DNA of 64,000 bases from Candidatus Latescibacterota bacterium (GTDB lineage Bacteria > Latescibacterota > UBA2968 > GCA-2709665), in contig CAXXXF010000002.1 of the NCBI GenBank assembly GCA_963667175.2, forward strand, positions 64,001-128,000, given 5' to 3'. This document shows positions 1-9,987 of this stretch, in pieces (position 1 is the first letter of the stretch; the number at the start of each line of letters is the position of its first letter). The position numbers were made by a program, and so were the translations under genes. The notes under the pieces were generated by a model. The model was not told where the DNA came from. It did no database searches and worked only from the letters and a program-made list of their open reading frames with translations.

Positions 1-672
1 GCTGTTCTGTTTCAGCCCTGCCAGTGCCGCGCGCCTGAGCGCAACGACATTTGCGACCACCTCGCCATTCCGGAAGGCGGCCGATCCCGCGACGAGCACT
101 TCCGCCCCTGCGGCAACGGCCTGACCCGCGTTTTCATCGACGATTCCGCCGTCGATTTCAATCTCCACTTGCACGCCCTGACGCATAACCTCCGCCCTCA
201 GTTTCCGGACCCTTTCCAGTGACTCCGGCATGAACGCCTGACCGCCGAATCCGGGTTCCACCGACATGACCAGCGCAAGGTCCAGCGACGGAAGCAGGGG
301 ATATAACGCCTCCACGGGTGTTGCCGGCTTCACCGCGGCGCCGGACCGCATGCCCATCTCCCGGACTTCGCCCAGAAGGGTCTGCAGATCCGCGTTGACC
401 TCGACGTGTACGGTACAGATATCGGCGCCGCTATCCGCGAAGTCCCTCAGGTACCGGCCCGGATCGGCAATCATGAGATGCGCGTCCAGCGTCAACGTCG
501 TCACCTTTCGAATGGCTTCCACAACCATTGGACCGAACGTGATATTCGGCACAAAATGGCCGTCCATCACATCCAGATGGATGTACTCCGCTCCGGCTTC
601 TTCCACCGCCCGAATCTCACGTTCCAGCGCCACGAAATCCGCCGCCAGGAATGACGGAGCGATTTTGACCAT
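1..672 (-). CDS. rpe: Ribulose-phosphate 3-epimerase (3' end runs off the window)
   Basis: Manual minus-strand translation MVKIAPSFLAADF...IHLDVMDGHFVPNITFGP...MSVEPGFGGQAF; GGAGG RBS (cctcc at 681-685). Confidence 0.95.
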   Translation of the reverse strand, partial: MVKIAPSFLAADFVALEREIRAVEEAGAEYIHLDVMDGHFVPNITFGPMVVEAIRKVTTLTLDAHLMIADPGRYLRDFADSGADICTVHVEVNADLQTLLGEVREMGMRSGAAVKPATPVEALYPLLPSLDLALVMSVEPGFGGQAFMPESLERVRKLRAEVMRQGVQVEIEIDGGIVDENAGQAVAAGAEVLVAGSAAFRNGEVVANVVALRRAALAGLKQNS

Positions 673-756
673 GGAAACAACCTCCACTTCCCGAAGTCCG
701 GGGGCCATCAGGGCGGGGCATGAAAACGGGGACCAACGCGTGACAACGATCGACCG

Positions 757-1491
757 TTACAATTTACTCACCACCAGTCGCACACGCGTTCCCTGCTTCA
801 CCTCTGCTCCGGATTCCGGGATATGCCGGATCACCACGTTCAACAGGTGCTGCGTGCTGAATTCATAGCGGATATCCCGCACCTTCAGGCCGGCCTCCTC
901 CAACTCCGCCCGGGCCGTCTCCAGCGGCTTGCCCACCAGATTCGGCATCGGGACCATCTCACCCGGAGGCCCGTTGCTGATCGTCACCGAAATTGGTGTC
1001 GCGCTCCGTACCTGTTGCCCGGGAGGGGGATCCTGGCTGATGATCAATCCCTCTTTGACGACGTCTGACGCATCCTCGAGAGTATCTCCCATGGCCAGGC
1101 CCGCCTGTGCAATCCACAACTGCGCCTGGCGCAGCGACTTTTCCGTGAGATCGGGCACTTCGTAGAGCCGGACCCCGAGACTCGGCGCCGCATAAACCGT
1201 ACGGTCGATCTTCACATGAGAATGCGCGCGCGGATTCTGTCGCACCAGCCGGCCTTCGGCAACGGACGTGTCCCATCGGCCGGGCTGCAGCTTCAACCTG
1301 AGCCCCCGCTGAGACAGCGTCCGCCTGGCAGCTTCGGGCGTCAGATCGACGACATCGGGGACCTCAACACGCTGGCCGGCCCGAACCAGACGGGGCATAA
1401 TGAATCGATCGAGCAGGATCAGGCCCACGATACCGGTGAGTACCGCGCAGCCCGCGAACAGCCCTGCCTCCCGCAGAATCCTCTTGACCAT
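757..1491 (-). CDS. PASTA-domain membrane protein (N-terminal TM plus 3 PASTA repeats)
   Basis: VPDVVDLT / VPDLTEKS / MPNLVGKP repeats with QxP..G motifs; lies directly upstream of rpe. Confidence 0.9.
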   Translation of the reverse strand: MVKRILREAGLFAGCAVLTGIVGLILLDRFIMPRLVRAGQRVEVPDVVDLTPEAARRTLSQRGLRLKLQPGRWDTSVAEGRLVRQNPRAHSHVKIDRTVYAAPSLGVRLYEVPDLTEKSLRQAQLWIAQAGLAMGDTLEDASDVVKEGLIISQDPPPGQQVRSATPISVTISNGPPGEMVPMPNLVGKPLETARAELEEAGLKVRDIRYEFSTQHLLNVVIRHIPESGAEVKQGTRVRLVVSKL

Positions 1492-1615
1492 CCTTCTCGC
1501 AATCCGCCTCTGGCAAAAACGAAAAACCGCGCTCTACGTCGGGACTCCAACCCGCCGGACGATGCACGGTTGAAAAATAGGCCAAGGTCCCCCCGGTGTC
1601 AAGCTCACGCGCCGT

Positions 1616-2542
1616 TCAATGTCCCACCGTAAGAGAAACCCGGTGCGACAGACCCAGTACGGTGTGGTACAGGGTCGCGTAGTCGATCCGGATGCCCCGG
1701 TGAATCACACCCGCGCCTATCGACAGTCGCTCGGCCCTGCCCCCGGCGCCCATCCGCAGCATGACCCGCCGGGCGGGGCTGTATTCCACCCCCGCGCTCA
1801 CCCCCGTCTGTCGTCCGGCTTCCTTGCGAACGTCCACGAGCAACGCCAGATTCGGCGCGACCTGACACCCCACGCCCGCCATGCCGCCCTGGCCCAGCAC
1901 CTCCACCGACGCTCCACCCGCGTTCCATGCCGCCAGCCCAAGAGTGACCTTCGGCCTCACGACGATCTTCGCACCCAGGTCGAATGCCGTCCACCCGCGG
2001 TTCGCGCCGCCGGCAACCGACAGTCGCATGCGCCGGATTCTCACCCCGAGACCCAGCCGGGATGCCAGCCGCAGCCCGAAGGTCAAACCGGCTGTCCGTT
2101 CCCTATACAGGCTGAACCCGTATTCCTGATAACCCAAACCAACCGCCGTCCGGCCCGTCGACGCGACCGTCCCGATCGCATGGGCATCCAACACCGCCAT
2201 GCCGAACGGCCGCTCATAGCCTCCCGTGATGCTGACGCCGTGGCCCCAGGCGACCGCGCCCGCGTTCCAGAAGACGCCCTCGACGCCTTCCGCCCAACCG
2301 ACAAACGTGTCCCCCAACCCGCCGGACCGGGCGCCCACCGCCTGAAACTCGAATGACGCGGCAGCCGGCACAGGCGTCAGGGCAATACACAAGAGCACGC
2401 AGCACGGCGCGAGGAGACCGCGCCGCGTCGGGCGGCGAAGCCATGGATTTGACGGGTTGCCGTGTCCCGTCACACCGCCCGGGCGCCCGTGTTCGGGCCC
2501 GCCCGAGTTCCGAAGCGGTGCGTTTTCCAGAAATGGTCCCAT
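1616..2542 (-). CDS. Putative outer-membrane beta-barrel protein (PorV/FadL-like); true start probably downstream
   Basis: Signal-like segment, then GARSGGLG...FWNAGA motif, alternating beta strands and C-terminal LGLSHRVSL. Confidence 0.65.
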   Translation of the reverse strand: MGPFLENAPLRNSGGPEHGRPGGVTGHGNPSNPWLRRPTRRGLLAPCCVLLCIALTPVPAAASFEFQAVGARSGGLGDTFVGWAEGVEGVFWNAGAVAWGHGVSITGGYERPFGMAVLDAHAIGTVASTGRTAVGLGYQEYGFSLYRERTAGLTFGLRLASRLGLGVRIRRMRLSVAGGANRGWTAFDLGAKIVVRPKVTLGLAAWNAGGASVEVLGQGGMAGVGCQVAPNLALLVDVRKEAGRQTGVSAGVEYSPARRVMLRMGAGGRAERLSIGAGVIHRGIRIDYATLYHTVLGLSHRVSLTVGH

Positions 2543-2806
2543 TCCGTGGGAGCACGATCCGCAACTCCTGTGCCCGGCGCTGCCCGTATACTGAAATAAT
2601 CGGTTATCTTATATATTGTCATTATCTTATTAGGATACGCCTCGTATCCTCCGCCGCGCGGCAGATCCGGGAACCGCCATGCCGAACGTTACAGTCCACC
2701 CGGGAATTGTCGTCCGGAAAAGGACAGTATAACCCGCGGGCAGTCACCCACGGGCAAATTTGAAATAGACCGCGCCTCCCGTCGGCGTTATATTGAGCGC
2801 GTGATC

Positions 2807-3754
2807 ATGTCAATGAATAACGGCTGGACCTATCACAACCGAATTCAACGCGAAGCCGTAGGGGAAACCGTTCTTCAATTCTACCTCCGGCGCTATCGTC
2901 ATTCCTCCGCGGAAGCCTGGCGGAACCGGATCCTGTCCGGCGAAGTACGGTTGGATGACCAGCCGGTCTCGCCCGATACACCGCTTGCGGCGGGTCAGCG
3001 GCTCACCTATCGCAGGAGGCCGTGGCGGGAACCGGACGCCCCCTGTTCGTTCGCGCTGCTCTACGAGGATGAACACGTGATTGCCGTCGCCAAACCCGCC
3101 GGCCTGCCGGTGCTGGCGGGCGGCCGGCATCTCCGGAACACGCTGGTCGCCCGGGTCCGGGAACGCTACCCTGAAACTCCGGGGCCGGCGCCTCTGCATC
3201 GCCTTGGCCGAGGGACGTCAGGCGTCGTTCTGTTCGCACGTTCCGATCCGGCGAGACGGTTTCTATCGGAGGATTTCCGAAACCGTCGGATATGCAAGAT
3301 CTACCGCACACTCGTTGCCGGCACGGAACTGCCCGACCGGTTTGCAGTGGATGTGCCCATTGGGCGGATTCCCTACGCCCCAACCGGAACCCTTTTCGCG
3401 GCAACCAGCGCGGGAAAACCGGCCAGGACGGAATGCCGCGTTCTCAACCGCGATTCCGATACCAACCGGAGCCTGGTCCGCGTCAATCTCGTCACCGGCC
3501 GCGCCCATCAGATCCGTATCCACCTCGCTGCCGCCGGACATCCCCTGGTTGGAGACCCTCTCTATCGCACAGGCGGCCTGCCGGCCGTTACACCTGATGG
3601 GAACCGCGCGCCGCTCCCCGGCGACACCGGGTACCACCTGCACGCGCATCAACTCCAATTCATCCATCCGGACACGCGCCGGCGTATTCACCTCACCTGC
3701 CAGCCGCCTTCGAACCTCCGCACGCCTGAAGAGAACAAGGTAACGCCGCGATAG
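2807..3754 (+). CDS. RluA/RluD-family RNA pseudouridine synthase with S4-like N-terminus
   Basis: VAKPAGLPV, LHRLGRGTSG and TGRAHQIRIHLA...GDPLY motifs; the catalytic HRLD reads HRLG. Confidence 0.85.
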   Translation: MSMNNGWTYHNRIQREAVGETVLQFYLRRYRHSSAEAWRNRILSGEVRLDDQPVSPDTPLAAGQRLTYRRRPWREPDAPCSFALLYEDEHVIAVAKPAGLPVLAGGRHLRNTLVARVRERYPETPGPAPLHRLGRGTSGVVLFARSDPARRFLSEDFRNRRICKIYRTLVAGTELPDRFAVDVPIGRIPYAPTGTLFAATSAGKPARTECRVLNRDSDTNRSLVRVNLVTGRAHQIRIHLAAAGHPLVGDPLYRTGGLPAVTPDGNRAPLPGDTGYHLHAHQLQFIHPDTRRRIHLTCQPPSNLRTPEENKVTPR

Positions 3755-3780
3755 TACGGTCATCTATTTCCCAACTGAGG

Positions 3781-4563
3781 CTAATCCCTGATTCTGGTCG
3801 TCTCATCGGTGCGCGCCTGCTCGATGTGTCTGCCGGTGAAGCCCACCGCGTATCGCAGGTCTGCGCCGCGCAGGTCTGCATTCTGGACGTTGGCCTTATA
3901 TAGATCGGTGTTTTGCATTCGGGCCTTGACGAGGCTCGCGCACCGCAGGTCGGCTTGTATCAGGTCGGCATTTCGGAGCCTGGCGCTCCGCAGATCGGCG
4001 TTCCTGAGATCCACGCCCTGAAGGTTCGCGCCCTCGAGGTTTGCGTTTCTCAGATTTGCGCCGCGAAGGTCCGCGTTAAGAAGATTGGCGTCCTGAAGGC
4101 GCGCCTTCCGCAGATCGGTTCCGTGAAGTGTGGCATCACGAAGGTTGGCGCCGCGCAGTGTGGCGTCCCGCAATCGGGCGCCGGAAAGCTCGGCATTCGT
4201 CAGGTCGGCGAGTTCCAGGTCTGCGGGAGCGAGATCCGCGTCTCTGAGATTTGCGCCGCGGAACAGGGCGCCCTGAAGGCGTGCGCCGGATAGATCGGCG
4301 TCCCTGAGGTTTGCATCGCGTAAGTTGGCCTCGTAAAGCCTGGCGCGCTGCAGATTGGCGCCGTGCAGGTCCGCGTTCTGAAACCGCGCGCCGCTAAGGG
4401 TGGCTTCACTCAGGTCGGCACGTTCGAGCCTCGCGCCCTGGAGTTCCGCGCGGTTCAGGTTTACGCCGGACAGTCTGGCGCGTTCGCCTGCTGCTCCTTC
4501 GGAATCGATCCACGCCCGGTGCCGGTCGATGACGAGACGTAGTTCAGCGGGTGACATATGCAT
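3781..4563 (-). CDS. Pentapeptide repeat protein
   Basis: Continuous A(D/N)LxG/xA repeats after an HRAWIDSEG N-terminus. Confidence 0.95.
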   Translation of the reverse strand: MHMSPAELRLVIDRHRAWIDSEGAAGERARLSGVNLNRAELQGARLERADLSEATLSGARFQNADLHGANLQRARLYEANLRDANLRDADLSGARLQGALFRGANLRDADLAPADLELADLTNAELSGARLRDATLRGANLRDATLHGTDLRKARLQDANLLNADLRGANLRNANLEGANLQGVDLRNADLRSARLRNADLIQADLRCASLVKARMQNTDLYKANVQNADLRGADLRYAVGFTGRHIEQARTDETTRIRD

Positions 4564-4567
4564 TATT

Positions 4568-5137
4568 TCATTCCTCGCCGATCACGTGGAGTTCAGACTC
4601 GGTAATGACCAGGTCCATCGAGACGTCGCGAGGGTCCGTCGGCAGACGATCGAAGAGCTGGAAGTCGAACGCCAGGCCGATTTTTATCGCGGGAGTCAGC
4701 GGAAGGAAGCGGTCGTAGTACCCCGCGCCGAAGCCGATGCGATTTCCAGCTCGGTCGAAGGCCAGACCGGGAACGACAATTACGTCAAAGACGTCCGGGG
4801 GTACCACGGAGCCCGTCTCGCCGGACGGTTCCATAAGGCCCAGGGTCGACGGCTGTAATTCCGCGAGGTTTCGAATTTCCCGGTGCACCAGCAGGCGGTT
4901 CGGCAACGCAACGGGCGCCGCGATCCGCTTGCCGCTTCCCAGGGCGGACTCGATGAGCGAATGTGTGTGGACTTCGTTCCTTACCGATACGTAGCTCGCC
5001 AGACATCCCGCGCGGCGGTAGGCTTCCTGGCCGGCCAGGCGCGCGATTACGTGTTCGCTCCTGGCGCGGACTTCCTCCGGCGACAGCCCGGACCGCTGTT
5101 TCTTCATCGTATCTCGAAATTGCTTTTTGGGCTGCAT
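4568..5137 (-). CDS. ygfA: 5-formyltetrahydrofolate cyclo-ligase
   Basis: VPGLAFDRAGNRIGFGAGYYDRFL motif. Confidence 0.93.
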   Translation of the reverse strand: MQPKKQFRDTMKKQRSGLSPEEVRARSEHVIARLAGQEAYRRAGCLASYVSVRNEVHTHSLIESALGSGKRIAAPVALPNRLLVHREIRNLAELQPSTLGLMEPSGETGSVVPPDVFDVIVVPGLAFDRAGNRIGFGAGYYDRFLPLTPAIKIGLAFDFQLFDRLPTDPRDVSMDLVITESELHVIGEE

Positions 5138-5356
5138 CGGCGCCGCTCCGTCCGAAGCGATGTACCCAGCGCAGGGGATCATTACTATACTTCCGGGGCG
5201 CCGGGTTGTCAAGGCGCGAACGCGTTCGCTGAAGGGTGTTTCCGCTCGCGGCCGGCGCGGTCGGAAGGAAAAGTTCGCTTGACTTTGACCGTGTGGAATT
5301 TTACATTTACAAATGCCGGTTTATTAGGTAATAACGGCAAATTCGGAGACGGCATC

Positions 5357-6184
5357 TTGGATCGCCACGACGTCGAAATACAGAACAGATTGAAGGCAGA
5401 CAACAACCTGCCCAGGCATGTTGCCATCATCATGGACGGGAATGGTCGCTGGGCCCAAATGCATGGCCTCGTCAGGACTCAGGGGCACCGTTCCGCGCGA
5501 AACGTCGTGCGCGACGTCGTTCGGGCGTGCGGCGAGCTGGGAATCGATATTCTCACTCTGTTTGCGTTCGGTACGGACAATTGGCGGCGTCCGTGGGCGG
5601 AAGTCCTGTCGTTAATGCAATTGTTGCGGGACGTTGCGGTCGATGAGCTGAAGGAACTCCTCGAAAACAACGTACGCCTGATTGCTACCGGGGATACGGA
5701 CCGCCTGGCCAGGCAGGCGCGGCAGGCGATGAAATACGCCATGTTCAGGACAGCGGAAAACACCGGGCTGACGCTGAATCTGGCCATGAGTTACGATGGC
5801 CGCAGCGATATACTTCAGGCCGTCAGACGCATCGCCTCCGCGGTGGATCAGGGAAGAATCAGCAGCGATGAAATCGACGGAAGCCTGTTTTCCCGGATGC
5901 TTTACACCGTCGACCTTCCGGACCCCGATTTGCTGATCCGCACGAGCGGAGAGTTTCGTCTGAGTAATTTCATGCTGTGGCAATGCGCGTACACGGAGTT
6001 CTGGTTCACGCCGGTCCTGTGGCCCGATTTCAGGCGCGAACATCTGTACGAAGCCATTCGGGCGTATCAGTCCAGGGAACGCCGTTTCGGAAAGACCAGC
6101 GCGCAGGTCCGTTCTACGGCGGTCGGCGCCGGGAACGGGCAAGCGGAGCGGATGGGCGCGGCGACGGGCGTGAAGCCTGTATAG
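5357..6184 (+). CDS. uppS: Undecaprenyl/polyprenyl diphosphate synthase
   Basis: HVAIIMDGNGRWA and PDLLIRTSGEFRLSNFMLWQ; TTG start after GGAG. Confidence 0.95.
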   Translation: MDRHDVEIQNRLKADNNLPRHVAIIMDGNGRWAQMHGLVRTQGHRSARNVVRDVVRACGELGIDILTLFAFGTDNWRRPWAEVLSLMQLLRDVAVDELKELLENNVRLIATGDTDRLARQARQAMKYAMFRTAENTGLTLNLAMSYDGRSDILQAVRRIASAVDQGRISSDEIDGSLFSRMLYTVDLPDPDLLIRTSGEFRLSNFMLWQCAYTEFWFTPVLWPDFRREHLYEAIRAYQSRERRFGKTSAQVRSTAVGAGNGQAERMGAATGVKPV

Positions 6185-6220
6185 AGGTTTCACGCCAACT
6201 CTCGCTTCCGTCAAGCAGGG

Positions 6221-7051
6221 GTGGTTTTGGCGGTTCGGTCGAATTTGCTTCACCGGATCACAGCGGCGGCGGTCTTCGGGCCGCTTTTTCTGGTACTGTT
6301 CTGGGTTGGTGGCATACCGCTCCTGATCGGCGTGTGCCTGGTGGCCGGGCTTGGGACATGGGAATATTGCCAGATGCAGAAAAAACGGGGGCTGCATCCC
6401 TGGACGCGCGTCGGGGTTGCGGCCTCTTTGGTTTGGTGCCTGTGGCTGCACTGGTTCGAAGAGCGACTCTGGCCGATTCCGGCCGTGGTGATTCTGCTTG
6501 TTCTGCTGACCCTGGCACTGGGGCAGCGGGCGGGGCGATTTCGGCTTGCCGACGCCGAAGCGACCTTTGTCGGAACGTGCTATATTGGATTGCTGTCCGC
6601 CTTTGCTCTGCTGGTTCGGAACGACTCCGGCTTCCGGTCGGGCGAAACCGGCGAAGGCTGGTTTTCCGTTCTGGTACTCCTGGGAATCTGGGGTACGGAC
6701 ACTCTTGCCTATTTATCGGGGCGTCTCTGGGGGAAGCGACGTCCTTTCCCGCAGATCAGTCCGGGCAAGACAGGCGCGGGTTTCGCCGGTGGAATCGTCG
6801 GAGCGATCGCGGTCATGTCCGTTGGCGGCCACGTCTTGACGTTGTACGCGCCGCCGGAGGGGATCGTACTGGGGATCGTGGTGGGACTCAGCGCGTTCTG
6901 GGGAGATCTGGTCGAGTCGATGATCAAGAGGAACGCAGGGGTCAAGGACGCCTCGGCCCTGATTCCCGGACACGGCGGCGTGCTGGACAGATTCGACAGT
7001 TTTCTGTTCGTGTACCCTTCGGTGTATCTTTATCTGCTCCTACTGCATTAG
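6221..7051 (+). CDS. cdsA: Phosphatidate cytidylyltransferase
   Basis: ISPGKT and GDLVESMIKRNAGVKDAS..IPGHGGVLDRFDS. Confidence 0.95.
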   Translation: MVLAVRSNLLHRITAAAVFGPLFLVLFWVGGIPLLIGVCLVAGLGTWEYCQMQKKRGLHPWTRVGVAASLVWCLWLHWFEERLWPIPAVVILLVLLTLALGQRAGRFRLADAEATFVGTCYIGLLSAFALLVRNDSGFRSGETGEGWFSVLVLLGIWGTDTLAYLSGRLWGKRRPFPQISPGKTGAGFAGGIVGAIAVMSVGGHVLTLYAPPEGIVLGIVVGLSAFWGDLVESMIKRNAGVKDASALIPGHGGVLDRFDSFLFVYPSVYLYLLLLH

Positions 7052-7258
7052 CAGCCCGTTGAAAACATCCATCCGGGCTGCCTGCCTGTGCGTTCGCCCG
7101 CAGACAGGCGTCCGGCCCTTATGACCGAAATACGGCGTTGCCTGCCTGCAGCAGGCAGGCGCTCCCTCCCCGAGTCCAGGGATTCGCGTCGGTCACGCGC
7201 CTTGTCTTCGGCCATAATGACCCGGCCTCGCCTGCAGAGCGACTTTTTCAACGGACTG
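7052..7258. mobile_element. MITE copy 1 (207 bp, IS5/IS1182-like terminal inverted repeats)
   Basis: Ends CAGCCCGTTGAAAA ... TTTTCAACGGACTG; flanks TTAG/TTGG; reverse complement of the copy at 43749. Confidence 0.85.
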
Positions 7259-7324
7259 TTGGCCCTCCGCGCTTTCCTGGAACCTGAGAGTACGTTCACC
7301 CGTTGACAGGAATGGGACCTGGGT

Positions 7325-8482
7325 ATGAAGCGAGTTGCGCTGCTGGGATCCACGGGATCGATCGGCGCCAGTACGCTGGACGTACTGGCTGGCCTGCCGG
7401 ACAGGTTCGAAGTGGAATGCCTCAGCGCGGGAAGCAATATCGATCTGCTCTGCGGGCAGGTGAGGCGTTTCCGGCCGAAGCGGGTCTGCGTGGCGGACGA
7501 GAACGCGATTAACGCCGGCGAACGGCCTGAGTTGCAGGGCGTTGAGGTGTTACACGGACCTGACGGACTCATCGCATTGGCAACGGACGCCAACGTGGAT
7601 CTGGTTGTCAACGGGCTGGTTGCGGGCGTCGGATTGCGGCCGACGCTGGCCGCGGTCGATGCGGGAAAGGACGTCGCCATCGCGAATAAGGAATCGCTGG
7701 TCGTCGCGGGGCAACTGATCACGGAACTCGCGACGCGCAACGGCGTGCGGTTGATTCCGCTGGATAGCGAACTGACACCCCTTTGGCAGAGCCTGCAGGC
7801 AGTCCCTCCGCAGCAAGTGACACGCATCGTACTTTCCGCCTCCGGAGGGCCGTTTTTCGAGGCGTCACCGGACGAGATGGCCCGCGCGACGCCCGACGAC
7901 GCCCTGCGCCATCCGACGTGGCGAATGGGTCCGAAGATCACGATCGATTCCGCGACGTTGATGAATAAGGGTTTCGAGGTGATCGAGTCCCGCTGGTTTC
8001 TCGGACTCGATATCGAACAGATCGACGTGGTGATCCACCGGCAGTCGATCGTGCATTGCCTGGTGGAATTCCTGGACGGAAGCCTGACCGCGCATATGAG
8101 CCGGCCCGATATGCGGCTGCCCATCCAGCAGGCGCTGACCCATCCGGACCGGCTGCCGACAGCCGTGCCTTCGCTGGACCTGGTGTCCACGGGGACCCTG
8201 AGCTTTCATGCGCCGGACCTGGAGCGGTTTCCATGCCTTGCGATTGCGTATGAAGTGGGACGCGCGGGCGGTACCGCGGCGGCGGTACTGAACGCGGCAA
8301 ACGAGATCGGCGTGTATTCCTTTCTGGCAGAGCGAATCGGGTTTCTGGATGTACCGGAAGTCGTACGCAGGACCCTGGATGCGCACGTCAACGCATCCGG
8401 CGCGAATCTCGATGAGGTATTCGAAGCGGACCGCTGGGCGAGGGAAAAGGCAAGGGAGGTCGTCGCGCGCCTGGCGAAATAA
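7325..8482 (+). CDS. dxr: 1-deoxy-D-xylulose 5-phosphate reductoisomerase
   Basis: LLGSTGSIG, IANKESLV, HPTWRMGPKITIDSATLMNKGFEVIE. Confidence 0.97.
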   Translation: MKRVALLGSTGSIGASTLDVLAGLPDRFEVECLSAGSNIDLLCGQVRRFRPKRVCVADENAINAGERPELQGVEVLHGPDGLIALATDANVDLVVNGLVAGVGLRPTLAAVDAGKDVAIANKESLVVAGQLITELATRNGVRLIPLDSELTPLWQSLQAVPPQQVTRIVLSASGGPFFEASPDEMARATPDDALRHPTWRMGPKITIDSATLMNKGFEVIESRWFLGLDIEQIDVVIHRQSIVHCLVEFLDGSLTAHMSRPDMRLPIQQALTHPDRLPTAVPSLDLVSTGTLSFHAPDLERFPCLAIAYEVGRAGGTAAAVLNAANEIGVYSFLAERIGFLDVPEVVRRTLDAHVNASGANLDEVFEADRWAREKAREVVARLAK

Positions 8483-8608
8483 CCCCGAAATCTCCTCGCC
8501 GGGACCGGAGCGCCGGGCGGAAGCGCTTCGCGCGGACCGCCGCTCATGCGAATCACTCCGGCTCCGCTGACCCGGGTCGAGGAGAATCCCCAACAGGAGT
8601 TCAGCGCT

Positions 8609-9916
8609 TTGGAATTACTGGAAACCATCTTCTATTTCATTCTCGTACTGGGGGTACTGGTTTTCGTACACGAATTCGGACATTTCGTGGTCGCCAAGAA
8701 ATCCGGTATACGCGTGGAACAGTTCTCGCTGGGATTTCCGCCCAAGGCGTTTGGGATAACGGTTGGCGAGACCGAGTACTGCATTTCCTGGCTGCCCCTT
8801 GGCGGGTACGTGAAAGTCGCGGGAATGTCGGACTTTGGCAGCGCGGAGGTCAGACGTGAGCCCTGGGAATTTCAGTCGAAACCGAGGGGTATCCAGATGG
8901 CGGTGATGATCGCCGGGCCCATCATGAATTTCCTGCTGGGATTCCTGATCATTCTGGGGCTGCGTCTTTCACTGGGGGACTATGTTCTTCAGACGACGAA
9001 GGTAGGCAGGATCGAGGCGACGTCTCCGTTTTATGAGGCGGGTCTGCGATCGAACGACCGCATCCTCTCCGTTAACGGGACACCTGTGGAAGACTGGGGT
9101 GGGCTGATGGATGCATACAACGCGAGTGGCGCCGGAGACGTTGCCCTGGAAGTGGCTCGGGACGAAGACGTGGTGTTCCTTGTGGCCACAACCGACAAAG
9201 GGCAGGAGCCGGGTTTCGATCCTTTCCTGCCTCCCGTTGCCGGATCGGTGATGCCCGGGTACCCTGCCGACAAAGGGGGGATGGCGCCCGGAGACCGCGT
9301 GCTGTCGATCGCCGGCGAACCCGTGCGCGGTTGGGAAGAAATGAGAGAGAAAATTTCCGCCCGGCCGGATCAGGAAACCGAGATCCGGTGGTTGCGCGGC
9401 GACGTGGAAGTCGCGGCACGGATCGTGCCTCAGCCCCAACGAGGCGAGGGGCGAACCATCGGCGTGATCGGCATCGGACCGTCCTTCGAACCCAGCGCGC
9501 GGGCGCCGGTGACCCTTACCGCAGCCATTGAGCGCAGCGGAAGGGACCTGGTGGGATATACCACGCTTATCTTCACGTTAATCAAGCGTCTGATCATGGG
9601 TGAGGTATCGGGAGGAATGATCGCGGGACCGGTAGGCATCGCCCAGATGGCAGGGAGCAAGGCGCGGCAAGGTTGGGAAGCGCTACTCGATTTTATGGCA
9701 ATGCTGAGCATCAACCTCGCCGTCCTGAACCTGCTGCCAATACCCGCGCTGGACGGGGGCCACCTGATGATCCTGAGCGTCGAAGCCATTTCGCGGCGGT
9801 CGCTTTCCTCGCGGCAGAAGGAGCGCCTCCAGCAGGTCGGTTTCGTGTTCCTGCTGGGACTCATGGTGTACGTGACCTTTGGCGACATCGGCCGGATCTG
9901 GGGGTTGTTCTACTGA
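8609..9916 (+). CDS. rseP: RIP metalloprotease RseP (two PDZ domains)
   Basis: HEFGH and NLLPIPALDGG motifs; TTG start after AGGAG. Confidence 0.95.
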   Translation: MELLETIFYFILVLGVLVFVHEFGHFVVAKKSGIRVEQFSLGFPPKAFGITVGETEYCISWLPLGGYVKVAGMSDFGSAEVRREPWEFQSKPRGIQMAVMIAGPIMNFLLGFLIILGLRLSLGDYVLQTTKVGRIEATSPFYEAGLRSNDRILSVNGTPVEDWGGLMDAYNASGAGDVALEVARDEDVVFLVATTDKGQEPGFDPFLPPVAGSVMPGYPADKGGMAPGDRVLSIAGEPVRGWEEMREKISARPDQETEIRWLRGDVEVAARIVPQPQRGEGRTIGVIGIGPSFEPSARAPVTLTAAIERSGRDLVGYTTLIFTLIKRLIMGEVSGGMIAGPVGIAQMAGSKARQGWEALLDFMAMLSINLAVLNLLPIPALDGGHLMILSVEAISRRSLSSRQKERLQQVGFVFLLGLMVYVTFGDIGRIWGLFY

Positions 9917-9944
9917 TCGAGATGAAGCTGTTTCAACGTTGACG

Positions 9945-9987
9945 AAAAATGAAGCCGGGTTTTTGAACCCGGCTTCAATTTTTTTTT
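9945..9987. terminator. Bidirectional intrinsic terminator
   Basis: AAAAA-TGAAGCCGGGTT-ttg-AACCCGGCTTCA followed by a T-run, between convergent genes. Confidence 0.85.

Noticed and set aside
266-868. 200-aa plus-strand ORF and the many other long antisense ORFs (e.g. 15162-16541, 23737-25425)
   Set aside because: Shadow frames of well-supported genes in GC-rich DNA; no recognisable motifs
3781-4563. 15-nt periodicity
   Set aside because: Explained by pentapeptide coding repeats
5140-5350. Possible 6S RNA upstream of the 5-FCL gene
   Set aside because: No long rod-like hairpin is evident; the region looks like divergent promoters
7088-7306. Short ORFs overlapping the MITEs (also 22424-22681, 43668-43971, 52083-52277)
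   Set aside because: Spurious translations of the repeated element
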